From: an uncultured cyanobacterium
GTDB taxonomy: Bacteria; Cyanobacteriota; Cyanobacteriia; PCC-9006; JAAUQQ01
NCBI GenBank assembly: GCA_963718615.1
Contig: OY970368.1
Span: 5,216,001-5,280,000, forward strand
DNA: 64,000 nucleotides
Reading direction: 5' to 3'
Part shown: one piece after another, positions 39,904-50,544 of the stretch
Numbering within the stretch: position 1 is the stretch's first letter
Layout of the letters: every line of letters starts with the position of its first letter
Notes under the pieces: generated by a model
The model's input: the letters and a program-made list of their open reading frames with translations, nothing else
Told to the model about the DNA's origin: nothing
The model's database searches: none
Program-made: the position numbers and the translations under genes

Positions 39904-41187
39904 ATGACTAGTGCCTCTACCGAAAAAGAAACGGTATATCAAGTTCCGCATGGGACCGAGCCGTTGCAGCTTGCAGGTACGATCCAGCAAATTGTGCAGG
40001 CTGAAATCAATGGCCGCCTAGCCCTGATGACCGAAGCGGGCCAAAGTTGGAATCTTTATTTCCAAGTGGGTCGGATTGTCTGGGCCTCAGGGGGAGAACA
40101 TCGTTTTCGTCGCTGGCATCGGGTGCTCCGACAGCTCGGTATTTCTCCGGCCAGCATTCAAATTCGCGAGCGCGTTCTGCCTGCCCAATGGGAGCATTTG
40201 GTGCTGACGGTGCTGCTCAAACGCCAGCGGATTCAGAAGGAAGCTGCGATCGCCGCCATCGAGACCAACATCACAGAAGTCCTGTTTGATATTCTCCAGG
40301 CCGCACCCTTCATCACCCAAATCGCCTGTAACGTTACCCATAAAACCATTGGAGACTCCCCCGTCACCATCCATGGTACCCCTGACGATTTCATTGCCAA
40401 AGCACGAAAAATCCTGAAAGCATGGCAGGCGACTCCCCTGGGCGATGTTTCTCCCAACCTGGCTCCGGTGATCATTTCCCACGAAGCCCTAAAGAAAAAA
40501 TCCAGCCCCCAACTGTATGTAGAACTGGCGAGCAGTCTCACAGGCAAGCTCTCGATACGGGATTTGGCGGTGAGCAAAAATCAGTCTTTGCCCAGCTTGG
40601 CGCAGTTTTTGGATCAGTATCGGTGCGATCGCCTGATTGCCTTCCAGCCCATTGCCGATATTCCGGCACCCACTCCGGCAGCGGGAGCGGGCGATCGCCG
40701 AGGCAGCGAAGCAGAAAGTGGCAGTGCAGCAACCCCCCCGCCCGTTGCACCGTTTCCCACCTCCGCCAAGAAGGGTCCGCTGGTGCTCTGCATTGATGAC
40801 AGTCCTCAGGTGGGCTACATCATGGAGCAAATTCTCATGCCCTTGGGCTATCAGGTTCTGACCTTACAGGACCCAGTGGAAGCCCTGTCGGTGATCATGC
40901 GACGCAAGCCAGCGTTTATCTTTCTGGATCTCGTCATGCCGGTGGTCAACGGCTATGAGCTTTGCAGCCAGGTTCGCCGGGTTTCCAGCCTCAAATCCAT
41001 TCCTATCGTGATTTTGACCGGTAATGATGGGGTGATCGATCGCGTGCGCGCCAAAATGGTCGGAGCAACAGACTTTATGGGAAAACCCGTCGTGCCCGAC
41101 AAGGTTCTACAATTGTTGCAGCAACATCTCGACTATGAGCCAGCCAGTATGGAAATGAACCGCAGAATTAACCCTAGCCTCGCCTAG
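39904..41187 (+). CDS. PatA-type response regulator (PATAN + receiver)
   Basis: N-terminal W.LYFQVGRIVWA; receiver CIDDS, LDLVMP, ILTG, KP. Confidence 0.88.
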   Translation: MTSASTEKETVYQVPHGTEPLQLAGTIQQIVQAEINGRLALMTEAGQSWNLYFQVGRIVWASGGEHRFRRWHRVLRQLGISPASIQIRERVLPAQWEHLVLTVLLKRQRIQKEAAIAAIETNITEVLFDILQAAPFITQIACNVTHKTIGDSPVTIHGTPDDFIAKARKILKAWQATPLGDVSPNLAPVIISHEALKKKSSPQLYVELASSLTGKLSIRDLAVSKNQSLPSLAQFLDQYRCDRLIAFQPIADIPAPTPAAGAGDRRGSEAESGSAATPPPVAPFPTSAKKGPLVLCIDDSPQVGYIMEQILMPLGYQVLTLQDPVEALSVIMRRKPAFIFLDLVMPVVNGYELCSQVRRVSSLKSIPIVILTGNDGVIDRVRAKMVGATDFMGKPVVPDKVLQLLQQHLDYEPASMEMNRRINPSLA

Positions 41188-41272
41188 GAAGACCCGAGGA
41201 AAGCCCTGGGGATCACAGCGCTGTCTGGCGCGCTGCTTTCGCCTTTGCCTGTAAGGCTTAAGCGGTTCCAGC

Positions 41273-42454
41273 TCAGCCCGACCTCTGCCAATACTTACAA
41301 ATGGCATGGGCCATCGTCACAACCCCCGTCAGCAAACAGCGTTCATCCACCGCAAACTTAGGATGGTGGAGGGGATAGTTGGTCCCCTGGTCAAAGCCAA
41401 CCCCCAGGCGAAACATCGTCCCAGGGGCATATTTGAGATAGACCGAAAAATCCTCCGCACCCAAGGACGGCTCCCGTAGGTTTAAAACAGCAGCTTTGCC
41501 AAAGGCTTCTTCAACAGCCTCTTGCACCAGTTGAGTTAGGATATCGTCGTTATGAACCGGAGGCACGCGCCGCTGATAGTTAAATTGATACCTAGCTCCA
41601 TGGGTTCGACAAACATTGGCCACAATATCTTCGATCCAACCCGGAATATTGGAATAGGTTTCAGGGTGCAAACAGCGCACGGTTCCTAACAGTTTGACCT
41701 GGTCCGCAATCACATTGGGTGCGCGTCCCCCTTTGATTTGGCCAAAGGTGAGAACGACCGGGTGGAGCGGGTTTTGGGTACGGCTAATGGCCTGCTGTAG
41801 CGTCGTCACGAGCTGCGCTGCAATCCAAACCGCATCGGTGGCTTCGTGGGGCCGAGCACCATGGCCCGATTCTCCTAAGACCACAATCTCAATGTCATCC
41901 GCCGCCGCCGTCAGCTCACCATAGCGAATGCCAATCTGGCCTGCCGGAATCGAGGGAAAGACATGCACCCCCAAGATGGCATCTACGCCCTCCATCACGC
42001 CATCATTGACCATCCATTGAGCACCTTGAGCAATTTCTTCAGCAGGCTGAAACAGAAATCGGACGGTTCCCGGCAACTGTATTCTAGACTCGGCCAGGAG
42101 CATGACGGTACCCAGACCAACAGTTGTATGAACATCGTGACCACAGGCATGCATAATGCCCTGCTGACGCGAGGCAAATTCTAAGCCGGTCAGTTCCTCA
42201 ATGGGCAGGGCATCCATGTCGGTGCGAACCGCGAGGAGTCGGGCATCTTGGCCCTGGCCTTGGAATTCTGCCACCACACCGGTTCGGCCCACGGATTCCT
42301 GCACTTGTAGCCCGCAGGAGGAGAGCACCCCAGCCACATAGGCAGCGGTTTGATATTCGTGACCGCTCAACTCCGGATGGGCGTGGAGGTGGCGGCGCAT
42401 TTCCAGAAGTCGAGGGGCGATTCGAGCTGCCGTAGCTTGTAGAACATCGAGCAT
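41273..42454 (-). CDS. M20 amidohydrolase
   Basis: HAHPELSG, RTDMDALP, MHACGHDVH, QPAEE, AEDF, HHP. Confidence 0.93.
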   Translation of the reverse strand: MLDVLQATAARIAPRLLEMRRHLHAHPELSGHEYQTAAYVAGVLSSCGLQVQESVGRTGVVAEFQGQGQDARLLAVRTDMDALPIEELTGLEFASRQQGIMHACGHDVHTTVGLGTVMLLAESRIQLPGTVRFLFQPAEEIAQGAQWMVNDGVMEGVDAILGVHVFPSIPAGQIGIRYGELTAAADDIEIVVLGESGHGARPHEATDAVWIAAQLVTTLQQAISRTQNPLHPVVLTFGQIKGGRAPNVIADQVKLLGTVRCLHPETYSNIPGWIEDIVANVCRTHGARYQFNYQRRVPPVHNDDILTQLVQEAVEEAFGKAAVLNLREPSLGAEDFSVYLKYAPGTMFRLGVGFDQGTNYPLHHPKFAVDERCLLTGVVTMAHAICKYWQRSG

Positions 42455-42575
42455 GAATTAAGAGAAGAAGGGAAGCTTTCTTAGCATAACGATTTCAATA
42501 TTTTCCCAGGTATTCACGGTATAGGAATTGTACTATTAAGAATCATCAATCAATTGACCTGGTTCATTGACCTGG

Positions 42576-44489
42576 CTAATTGGCCTTGCTGAGCATCGCT
42601 TCTATCAAATTCAGCAACTCGTCGAGATCCATCGGTTTGCTCAAGTAGGCATCCGCTCCCGCCTCTAGACATTTGGCTCGGTCTTCCGGCATCGCCATGG
42701 CGGTTATGGCGATCGCAGGCACCTTTCTCCAAAGGTCACTGGCTTTGAGCCGCCCCAATAGTGTTAGACCATCGACCTTCGGTAATTGAATATCGACCAA
42801 AATTAAATCTGGCAACGCGATCGCCGAGACGACTTCCCCCTCCAGGGCATCCAGACGATGGAGCATTTTTTCACCATCATCAATTATTTCGACCTGGTAT
42901 CCTTCAGGCTCCAGAAGCTCCTGCATCAGCTGTTGGTTAAAGGGCTGATCTTCTAAGACTAAAATTAAAGGGGGCTGAAGGGATTTTGCAGACTGTAAAT
43001 CAGGCGATTGTGTTTGAATATTCGATGCTTGAAGAGGCTGCGCTGCCGAATTTACATAGACTGCTTCATGCAAGGGTATCCAGATTCGAAATGTACTCCC
43101 CTGGCCCTCAAGCGAGTGCAGGGAAACCGTTCCACCATGGAGTTCTGCAAGCTGTTTCGTTAGGGATAAACCTAGCCCTGTTCCCTCATGTTCACGGCTG
43201 AGTTCGGCATTAATTTGTTGAAAGGGACGAAAGAGCTGATGTTGGCGATCGCTCGGAATTCCAATACCGGAATCTATCACTTCTAAACAAAGATAGGGGA
43301 GTTGATTGGCGATCGCACTCGGGTCAGGTCGAGAGTCCGCCGCAATTTCTGTTGCCGCCTCGTAGGAAAGCCTAGCATTCAACCGAATTTGTCCCTGTTG
43401 AGGCGTAAATTTAATAGCATTGGATAACAAGTTGAGTAAAATTTGATTGATTCGTCGCTCATCTGCGAGCAAAGGCTGTAGCCTAGAATCAACCTCATAG
43501 GTGAGCTGAATTCGCTTCATTTCAGCCCGAGGCCGAACCATTTCAATACAGGTTTGACAGAGTTCATTGAGATTTACAGCTTGCAAATTTAGCTCTAACT
43601 TGCCAGCCTCGATTTTAGAAAGATCCAAAATCTCATCAATGAGCTGAAGCAAGTGCTGGCCACTACGCTTGATCGTATCTAAAAACCCTAGCTGCCTTGC
43701 CTCTAAACGATCTTTGGCTTGGCGCTTGAGCAAACTGGTAAAGCCCAGAATACTATTCAGCGGCGTCCGTAGCTCGTGGGACATAGAAGCTAAAAATTCG
43801 GATTTGAGGCGAGAGGCTCGTTCTAATTCCTGATTGGATTGCTGTAATTTCGCTTGATTTTGTAAACGCTCAATTGTCATGCCCAACAGTCGATTGGCTG
43901 CTGCGAGTAAATCCTGTTGAGGAGCATCCTGCAATCGTTGACAACGAGACTCCAACGTTAGTATGCCAATAATTTCACCCTTAGCAGATGGAATCGGAAA
44001 AATGCCTAACTGTCCAATACTCGGATGCTTAAAGGCAGCAACAGCTTGGGCCTGAAGGGCGTAGTCTTCGACAAATAGGGGCTGTTTCGTTTCTACCACT
44101 TGCCACAGCAGACCTTGACCATAGGGAAGTCCTTGGGCCAAAACCTCCTCCATGGCTTGGATAGCAGGCTCTCCATGGGTGGCAACAAACTGGGCGGAGA
44201 CTTCATTGACGAGGGTAGCGGCATGGCGATCGCCTGCATCGCCATCAATCACCTTCACATCACCAAAGGCCGCCCCCATTTCTTTAACCAGATAACACAA
44301 GGCAAACTGGGCAACACTTTTCAGGCCGTCGATTTCGGTCGCCTGTAGTTGTTCGGTTAATTCTAGGAGGAAGGTCAGACGCTTGACCTCTTGATTCATC
44401 GCGTGCTCTGCTTGCACCTCGCTCACAGGTTGTTGCGACCTCGAAACGGCTTCAGCAGCAGATACAGACCCCTCGGCAGAATTATCCAT
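42576..44489 (-). CDS. Hybrid sensor histidine kinase (GAF-HisKA-HATPase-REC)
   Basis: MSHELRTPLN, NLLSNAIKFT, DSGIGI, GTGLGL, receiver DIQLP...KP; ATG at 44489 chosen as start. Confidence 0.92.
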   Translation of the reverse strand: MDNSAEGSVSAAEAVSRSQQPVSEVQAEHAMNQEVKRLTFLLELTEQLQATEIDGLKSVAQFALCYLVKEMGAAFGDVKVIDGDAGDRHAATLVNEVSAQFVATHGEPAIQAMEEVLAQGLPYGQGLLWQVVETKQPLFVEDYALQAQAVAAFKHPSIGQLGIFPIPSAKGEIIGILTLESRCQRLQDAPQQDLLAAANRLLGMTIERLQNQAKLQQSNQELERASRLKSEFLASMSHELRTPLNSILGFTSLLKRQAKDRLEARQLGFLDTIKRSGQHLLQLIDEILDLSKIEAGKLELNLQAVNLNELCQTCIEMVRPRAEMKRIQLTYEVDSRLQPLLADERRINQILLNLLSNAIKFTPQQGQIRLNARLSYEAATEIAADSRPDPSAIANQLPYLCLEVIDSGIGIPSDRQHQLFRPFQQINAELSREHEGTGLGLSLTKQLAELHGGTVSLHSLEGQGSTFRIWIPLHEAVYVNSAAQPLQASNIQTQSPDLQSAKSLQPPLILVLEDQPFNQQLMQELLEPEGYQVEIIDDGEKMLHRLDALEGEVVSAIALPDLILVDIQLPKVDGLTLLGRLKASDLWRKVPAIAITAMAMPEDRAKCLEAGADAYLSKPMDLDELLNLIEAMLSKAN

Positions 44490-44720
44490 GGCTGAATTCA
44501 CAGGAATACATAAGAAGATTGAAGGCTCAGCAAATGCTGAGCTTTTTCTATATTCCCATAATGGCGCATCAGGTTTCAGCTTGAAAGCGCATAATTGACA
44601 AACGGCGGTCAGAAAAGGTCGGTAGAAATTAGTAGAAGCCAAATACTCCACAAAAAAAACCACAGGGTCTGGCGTCGCCATCTCCCTGTAGCAGTAAATA
44701 CTAGTGGCTGTATAGTCCAA

Positions 44721-44764
44721 GAAACTTTCGGGAAACCTTCAGGAAACCTTTAGAAAACCCTCAA
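44721..44764. repeat. Four degenerate 11-bp tandem repeats
   Basis: GAAACTTTCGG GAAACCTTCAG GAAACCTTTAG AAAACCCTCAA. Confidence 0.7.
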
Positions 44765-44771
44765 GACTCTA

Positions 44772-45263
44772 CTAATTGTTAGAATTACTTCCCTTTGCTA
44801 ATGAATTCAACATTCTATCTACTGAACTGATATAGCTTTCATCCATCATCATAGACGAGTCCAATCGGTTGCTATCGATCGCAACTTTCACTAAATCACG
44901 ACCCGACAAACTGCCACTGCGATAATCCTGGATTAGACCCGCATAACCAGGAATACCTTGCTCTTCAAAGTAACCAAAACGAGCTAGATACGCCAGCTCA
45001 AAGGGATTAATTTGATAGTCGCTTACTGAGGTGATGCTAGCCATTGTGGGAGAGGGCGTTGCAGAATTCATCGGCTGCATGGTCTCTGGCTGCATGGTCT
45101 CTGGCTGCATGGTCTCTGGCTGCATGATCTCTGGCTGCATCATGGGCTGAGGTACAGGTGCCAGATTTTGATCTTGCATTTCTGCTTTTGCCGGAGAGGG
45201 GGCGATCGCCACCACAGCAAGCAATGCAAAAGTAGAAAGACTGCCAAAAAGTAGACCTTTCAT
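44772..45263 (-). CDS. Secreted hypothetical protein with MQPET repeats
   Basis: Signal peptide ending AKA, 15-bp tandem repeat, PFELAYLARFGYFEEQGIPG motif. Confidence 0.8.
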   Translation of the reverse strand: MKGLLFGSLSTFALLAVVAIAPSPAKAEMQDQNLAPVPQPMMQPEIMQPETMQPETMQPETMQPMNSATPSPTMASITSVSDYQINPFELAYLARFGYFEEQGIPGYAGLIQDYRSGSLSGRDLVKVAIDSNRLDSSMMMDESYISSVDRMLNSLAKGSNSNN

Positions 45264-45565
45264 AAACAGATTACTCCAATAAGCTACAGGAAAATACGGG
45301 GGTTAATCAAACCAGAACTTTTCTAAAAAAGTACGATTGAACTTGCCTAATTACCAATCAATCAATCAATTAGTGAAGCATTGATGGAGAAGGCTCTATA
45401 GAGAAGATTCGATCGCAGATTTCACAGTTCTCTTAGCAACCCTATGCCTCTGTTTTAGAAGAGTTAAAGCAGGGTTACTTCTGTCAAAGGTTGTGGATAA
45501 GCTGGTTGCAAGCCTAAAATCTTGGCATACAGTAGAAAATAATAGGATGGGTAAGCGACAAACCA

Positions 45566-46171
45566 ATGCATTCTCAAGACGGCCATTCACAGGCAGACCC
45601 TGCAAAGGCAGGTCATTCTCAAGCGGGCAACCTTGCCTCAAAGGCCCAGACCAAGGCCCAGACCAAGGCCCAGAGCGAGCTAGACAATTTTTTAGCTCAG
45701 CTAGACGAGATCGATCGCACCACTCAACATCTCAAACCCCCACCCAATTCTGCCCAGACCAATCCCGTCCCGCCCAACCCCACTAACCCCAAGGCCCAGG
45801 TCAATTCCATCAGTAATTCTGCTCCCCCCTCACCCCATTACCCATTACCGCCTCACCTCTCACCCCCGCCCGCCAGCACCTATCCCATTCCCAGCCTAAT
45901 CGAACAACTTAGCCAATACGCCAAGGAAAAACTAGCCGCACGGGCTGAACGACAGCGGCAGCAGCAAGCTCGAGCGGCCCTAGAGGCCAGCGTCAACACC
46001 TGGTTAGAACGCTTAGATCCCTATAGTGACGATGGCTTTTGGTTTGAGCAGTTTGCGGCGGGTTATGCTTCGCGATTGGAGGCAGCGATCGCCTTCCTCT
46101 ACCCGGATACCGTGGCATCCAGCATGGCATCCGCAGAAAACGAATCGAAACGCCCGAATCGAGGAGTTTGA
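45566..46171 (+). CDS. Hypothetical protein resembling the Slr1339 salt-stress family
   Basis: C-terminal WLERLDPYSDDGFWFEQFA..Y.SRLEAAI; family recalled, not searched. Confidence 0.65.
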   Translation: MHSQDGHSQADPAKAGHSQAGNLASKAQTKAQTKAQSELDNFLAQLDEIDRTTQHLKPPPNSAQTNPVPPNPTNPKAQVNSISNSAPPSPHYPLPPHLSPPPASTYPIPSLIEQLSQYAKEKLAARAERQRQQQARAALEASVNTWLERLDPYSDDGFWFEQFAAGYASRLEAAIAFLYPDTVASSMASAENESKRPNRGV

Positions 46172-46220
46172 ATAAAGGGGGTAAAGTGGACTAGAGAATA
46201 GCATCAGCCTTTGAATTTCT

Positions 46221-48110
46221 ATGCAAACGCTTCATTCCACTCCATCGCCCAAGTCCCATCGAATTCTCCGCCAAACCTGGGACAATCAAAGCTTTTTTAG
46301 CGGTAGCGATGACCCTCGGATTGCGGCGGAAGTCACGCAAATCAAAACAGATATTGCTACCCTCACCGCCGATTGTGAACCCGTTTCCGGTTGGATTGAA
46401 GGGGCTGAAAGCCTTGATAATTCTCAATTTGACGAGCGCATCGCCCAGCTCAAATCCATTCATTTACAAGAAAGTAGCATCATTGAACGGCTCAGCAATG
46501 TGCAAACCTTTATCTCGACTCTGTTGAGCGTCGATTCTCAAGATGCAAACGCTAATACTTGGCTGCCAACCCTACAGCAAATTTGGGCAACCCTAGGCCA
46601 GGCCACGACGCCTGTGGATGTGTTTCTCACCCGCACAAGTGATGAATTTATCCAAGAATTTCTCAAGGAACCCGAACTGGAAGAATTGAGTTTTTCGATT
46701 CGACATCAGCGGCAGTTAAAGGACCACTTACTGAGTGTGGCAGAAGAGCAATTGATTACGGGCTTTGCGGTCACCGGTCTGCACGCCTGGGGCAATCTTT
46801 ATGATGATTTGGCAGGTCGGCTCAACTGCGAGGTCGAAGGCGAAACTGTGGGCTTGGCTAAGGCCGCAAATCTGCTCAGCAGCAACCGTCGCGACACCCG
46901 TGAAGCGGCTTGGCGGGGGATTCATAGCGCTTGGAGCAGTCGTCAAGAAACCGTTGCCACGATTCTCAATGCAATCAATGGCTGGCGGTTAGAGGAGGCC
47001 CAGCAGCGCAGCCAAATTCGCCCGCTGCATTATCTCGACAAAAGCTGTCATCAAAGCCGCATTGAGCGCGCCACGCTGGATGCATTGATAGAGACGACCT
47101 ATCAGCAACGGGCGATCGGCCAGCGGGCGCTGAAAGCCATGGGGCAGGCGCTGGGGCTCAAACAAATGGCCCCTTGGGATGTCACAGCTCCGGCTCCAGC
47201 GGCCTCTCCTAGGGACCCTGGGCAGGAGGAGGAGATTTCCTTTGAAGGGGCGATCGCCATCGTCTCCCAAGCCTTTAACCGGCTCACCCCAGCCATGGGA
47301 GACTTTGCGATCATGATGGCAGAAAAAGGCTGGATCGATGCCCAACCTACCCCTAATCGCACCACTGGGGCCTACTGCACCAAATTTACCAATCCCCGTG
47401 AGCCACGCATCTTCATGACGTTTGAAGGCTCGATGAATAATGTCATGACGCTAGCCCATGAACTGGGTCACGCTTGGCACAATTGGGTCATGGGTGATTT
47501 GCCTTTGCCCAAAACGCGATATTCCATGACCCTGGCAGAAACGGCCAGTATCTTTGCAGAAACCTTGGTTCGAGATGCGCTCTTAGCCGAGGCCCAAAGC
47601 CCCGCTCAGCAACTAGAAATCGCTTGGCAAAACGCGGAGAGTGCGGCGGTCTTTTTGCTCAATATTCCCGCTCGGTTTGAGTTTGAAAAGCGCTTGGTTG
47701 AGGCTCGCAAACAGGGCTTTGTCATTGCCGATCGCCTCAGTCAGATGATGGAAGAGAGCTGGGAATATTGGTTTGAAGACAGTTTGTCGGAATACGATGA
47801 CCTCTTTTGGGCGAGTAAGCTACACTTTTCGATCTCCCAGCTCGGGTTCTATAACTACCCCTATCTCTTTGGTTATTTATTTAGCCTCGGGATCTATGCC
47901 CAGCGGGATCGGTTTGGCGTAGGCTTTAATCAGCTTTATACCAATCTCCTACGGGATACGGGCACGATGACAGCGGAGGAGGTTGTGGCCCACCATCTCC
48001 AGCAAGATATTCGTCAGCCGCAGTTTTGGAACGATAGCTTGGCGATCGTAGAGAAGTCCGTCTCCCAGTTTGAGGCCCTCGTCGCACAACAGGCGACTAC
48101 CAAAAGCTAA
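46221..48110 (+). CDS. pepF: M3 oligoendopeptidase F
   Basis: GAYCT, TLAHELGHAWH, LAETAS, FYNYPY. Confidence 0.9.
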   Translation: MQTLHSTPSPKSHRILRQTWDNQSFFSGSDDPRIAAEVTQIKTDIATLTADCEPVSGWIEGAESLDNSQFDERIAQLKSIHLQESSIIERLSNVQTFISTLLSVDSQDANANTWLPTLQQIWATLGQATTPVDVFLTRTSDEFIQEFLKEPELEELSFSIRHQRQLKDHLLSVAEEQLITGFAVTGLHAWGNLYDDLAGRLNCEVEGETVGLAKAANLLSSNRRDTREAAWRGIHSAWSSRQETVATILNAINGWRLEEAQQRSQIRPLHYLDKSCHQSRIERATLDALIETTYQQRAIGQRALKAMGQALGLKQMAPWDVTAPAPAASPRDPGQEEEISFEGAIAIVSQAFNRLTPAMGDFAIMMAEKGWIDAQPTPNRTTGAYCTKFTNPREPRIFMTFEGSMNNVMTLAHELGHAWHNWVMGDLPLPKTRYSMTLAETASIFAETLVRDALLAEAQSPAQQLEIAWQNAESAAVFLLNIPARFEFEKRLVEARKQGFVIADRLSQMMEESWEYWFEDSLSEYDDLFWASKLHFSISQLGFYNYPYLFGYLFSLGIYAQRDRFGVGFNQLYTNLLRDTGTMTAEEVVAHHLQQDIRQPQFWNDSLAIVEKSVSQFEALVAQQATTKS

Positions 48111-48138
48111 ACCATCCCAAAAAGCTTACACAGAAAGG

Positions 48139-48163
48139 AACCCAGCCTAAAAAACTGGGTTTT
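48139..48163. terminator. Probable intrinsic terminator between convergent pepF and dnaN
   Basis: AACCCAG-loop-CTGGGTTTT. Confidence 0.5.
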
Positions 48164-48195
48164 CTCTAGGCAAGTTCCTGGTCAATGGTAAAGCC

Positions 48196-49344
48196 TTAAG
48201 CCCGAATCTGCACCGGCATCACCAGATAGGTCATCTTGATCGCCCCCAAGGGATTAATCACCACCGGACTCGTTGCCGAATTGAGCTGAATCTGAATCTC
48301 CGAGGCATTGAGCGCTTTGAGTCCATCCATCAAGTACCGCACATTAAAGGCAATCTCCAAGGCATCACCGGAAATTTGCGCCGGTAAAGATTCCTGACCG
48401 CTCCCCACATCCTGGGCATCTGCCGAGAGCGTCACCTGCTCCTGGACTCCGTCCAGCAAGAGCTTAACCACGCTGTTTTTCTGATCCGCCAAGACCGCAA
48501 CCCGCTCCAACGCCCCCAACAAAACCCGCCGGTCCACCGTTACCTGGCGCTCAAACGTTGCAGGAATCAACTGCCCATAATTGGGATATTGACCATCTAG
48601 CGTCCGGCTGGTGAGGTACTGATCTCCCCACTGAAACACTGTCTGTCCTTGGTCAAAATACAGCGCCACCGGTTCATCCGACGTCCGCGCCGTCATCATG
48701 CGCTCTAGGTCTCGCAGCGCCCGAGCCGGAACCGTCACCTCAAAAGTTTCCGTCGGTGTGGAAGCCGGATCGCTCGCACAGCTCGGCGTCACCACCACCG
48801 AAAGCCGATGACCATCCGTGGCTGCAAACTCCAATTGCTCAGGATTCACCTTGAGATGAACGCCCGTCAAGACCTGCTTGGTCTCATCGCCACTGGTGGC
48901 AAACAACGTTCCCCGCAGCCCATCAATCAACGCCTCAATCGGCAACTGCACCGCTTCCCCCGTCTGCACCAGCGGCAGCTCCGGAAACTCATCGGGCGGC
49001 AACCCTCGCACCTGATACCGACCTGCATTGGCCGTCAGGGAGACCATCGCACCCAGCTCAGTTTCGTCCAAGACAATCTGGCTATCGGCAGGCAGGCGCG
49101 AAACGATGTCGCTGAGCAGCTTAGCAGGCAGGGTAATCGCACCACTCGCCTCAACCTCAGCCGCAAACGTTGTCTGAATCCCCAGGGTCAAGTCAAACGC
49201 CGCTAGACTGACCCGCTGGGTACCCGCATCCGCCGTGAGTAAGACATTGGCCAAAATCGGCTGGGTCGGTCGAGAGGGCACCGCCCGGCTCACCAAAGAC
49301 AGGTGGGTGTTGAGATCGCTTTGGTGGCAAGTCAGCTTCATCAT
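48196..49344 (-). CDS. dnaN: DNA polymerase III beta clamp
   Basis: PILANVLL, ATDGHRL, GQYPNY, IAFNVRYL, YLVMPVQIR. Confidence 0.97.
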   Translation of the reverse strand: MMKLTCHQSDLNTHLSLVSRAVPSRPTQPILANVLLTADAGTQRVSLAAFDLTLGIQTTFAAEVEASGAITLPAKLLSDIVSRLPADSQIVLDETELGAMVSLTANAGRYQVRGLPPDEFPELPLVQTGEAVQLPIEALIDGLRGTLFATSGDETKQVLTGVHLKVNPEQLEFAATDGHRLSVVVTPSCASDPASTPTETFEVTVPARALRDLERMMTARTSDEPVALYFDQGQTVFQWGDQYLTSRTLDGQYPNYGQLIPATFERQVTVDRRVLLGALERVAVLADQKNSVVKLLLDGVQEQVTLSADAQDVGSGQESLPAQISGDALEIAFNVRYLMDGLKALNASEIQIQLNSATSPVVINPLGAIKMTYLVMPVQIRA

Positions 49345-49779
49345 CGGGGATTGGACCGGGGAACGAAAACGGGGTGAGTAAAATCTACAACGAGAATCAA
49401 GGGCTAACCGAATCTGGACAAATTTGGGGGCGAATCTGGGGTAAACCTGGGGAAAACCCTGGGGAAAATGGGGATAACCTCAGGCGGAAACAGGCTTTTT
49501 GCTTTGGCCGTTTCTGGGCTTTTGATTTTTCCCTTGAGCCAAGGTTTCAGCGAAGGTTTTTTTGGCTCCCTGGAGCGATTTTTGGGATCGAGGTTTTCTG
49601 ACTGGGTTTTTTGACTGGGGTTTTTAGGCTGAGGTTTTTGGGACTGATTTGCGGGGTTTTGGTTCGGGGTTTTGGTTCGGGGTTTTGGACAGAGGCCATG
49701 TACAAGCTGCCTGAGCATCCTATCACCGGTTTTCCCTCCGGTTCAAATCGCGTTTCGTCAGGCCTTTAAAGACTAAGAA

Positions 49780-50060
49780 GGCTGTTTTTTAAAATTTTAA
49801 ATACAGTAGTAGTAGGGCCTGTGGAAAATGTGGAAAACTCTTTAAAACCTATACGCTGTATTTCATTGAGCGATCGCCCCTCTGTGGAAAACCTGTGGAA
49901 AAACCCCCTCACTTTTCCACAGGGTATTTATACCTAGTCGAGTTTTCCACAGACAACCCCGACTTTTCCACATAGTTATCCACAGGTTTTCCACAGAAAA
50001 AGCGGGTTTTTCCACAGGATAAAGGCCAAAAAATAGAGAAAAAAATTTAAAATTTCTCGA
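49780..50060. other. Probable replication origin oriC
   Basis: Ten DnaA boxes (nine TTTTCCACA, one TTATCCACA) at 49820-50016; tandem boxes + GGGCC + TAGTAGTAG trios + AT-rich tract; upstream of dnaN. Confidence 0.9.
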
Positions 50061-50544
50061 AAAATGGCTCACCGATTCTTCAAAAAAATTAGCGATCGCA
50101 GCCTCCCCGATGCCCGATCGCGACCCTGTTTTCAGTCCCAGTTCAGTACTGACTTTGATTTTAGCAATAAAAGTTACATGCTTAAGGTAATTGTGCTAAG
50201 GGATCACGCAATAACGTTGTTTTATACGGAATTTATATCTCTATTGAAGTATTAAATATTGCTTTTTGCGCGTTTGAAAGGGCGATCCAATAAAATCCTT
50301 GAACCCTCGTCCGGTTGGCCCCTGGGTGAGGGGATGAATCCATCAATTTTTTGAAAAGAAGTTTTCTGTGTAGAAAGACTGGTAGCAAAACTGATCTGTA
50401 AAGAGTTGGCTTTATTTTTTATGCCTATGCGGGATATCAGAACGAAACGTAGTATTAAGCAATACGGGGGCTATCTCTGATCTGCCCCTCATGCTGGCAT
50501 GCCCAGTCTGCTCTACCCTCGCTCAAGTAACAAGCTGAACGCCT

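Noticed and set aside
45492-45500. Isolated perfect DnaA box
   Set aside because: A single 9-mer without supporting context
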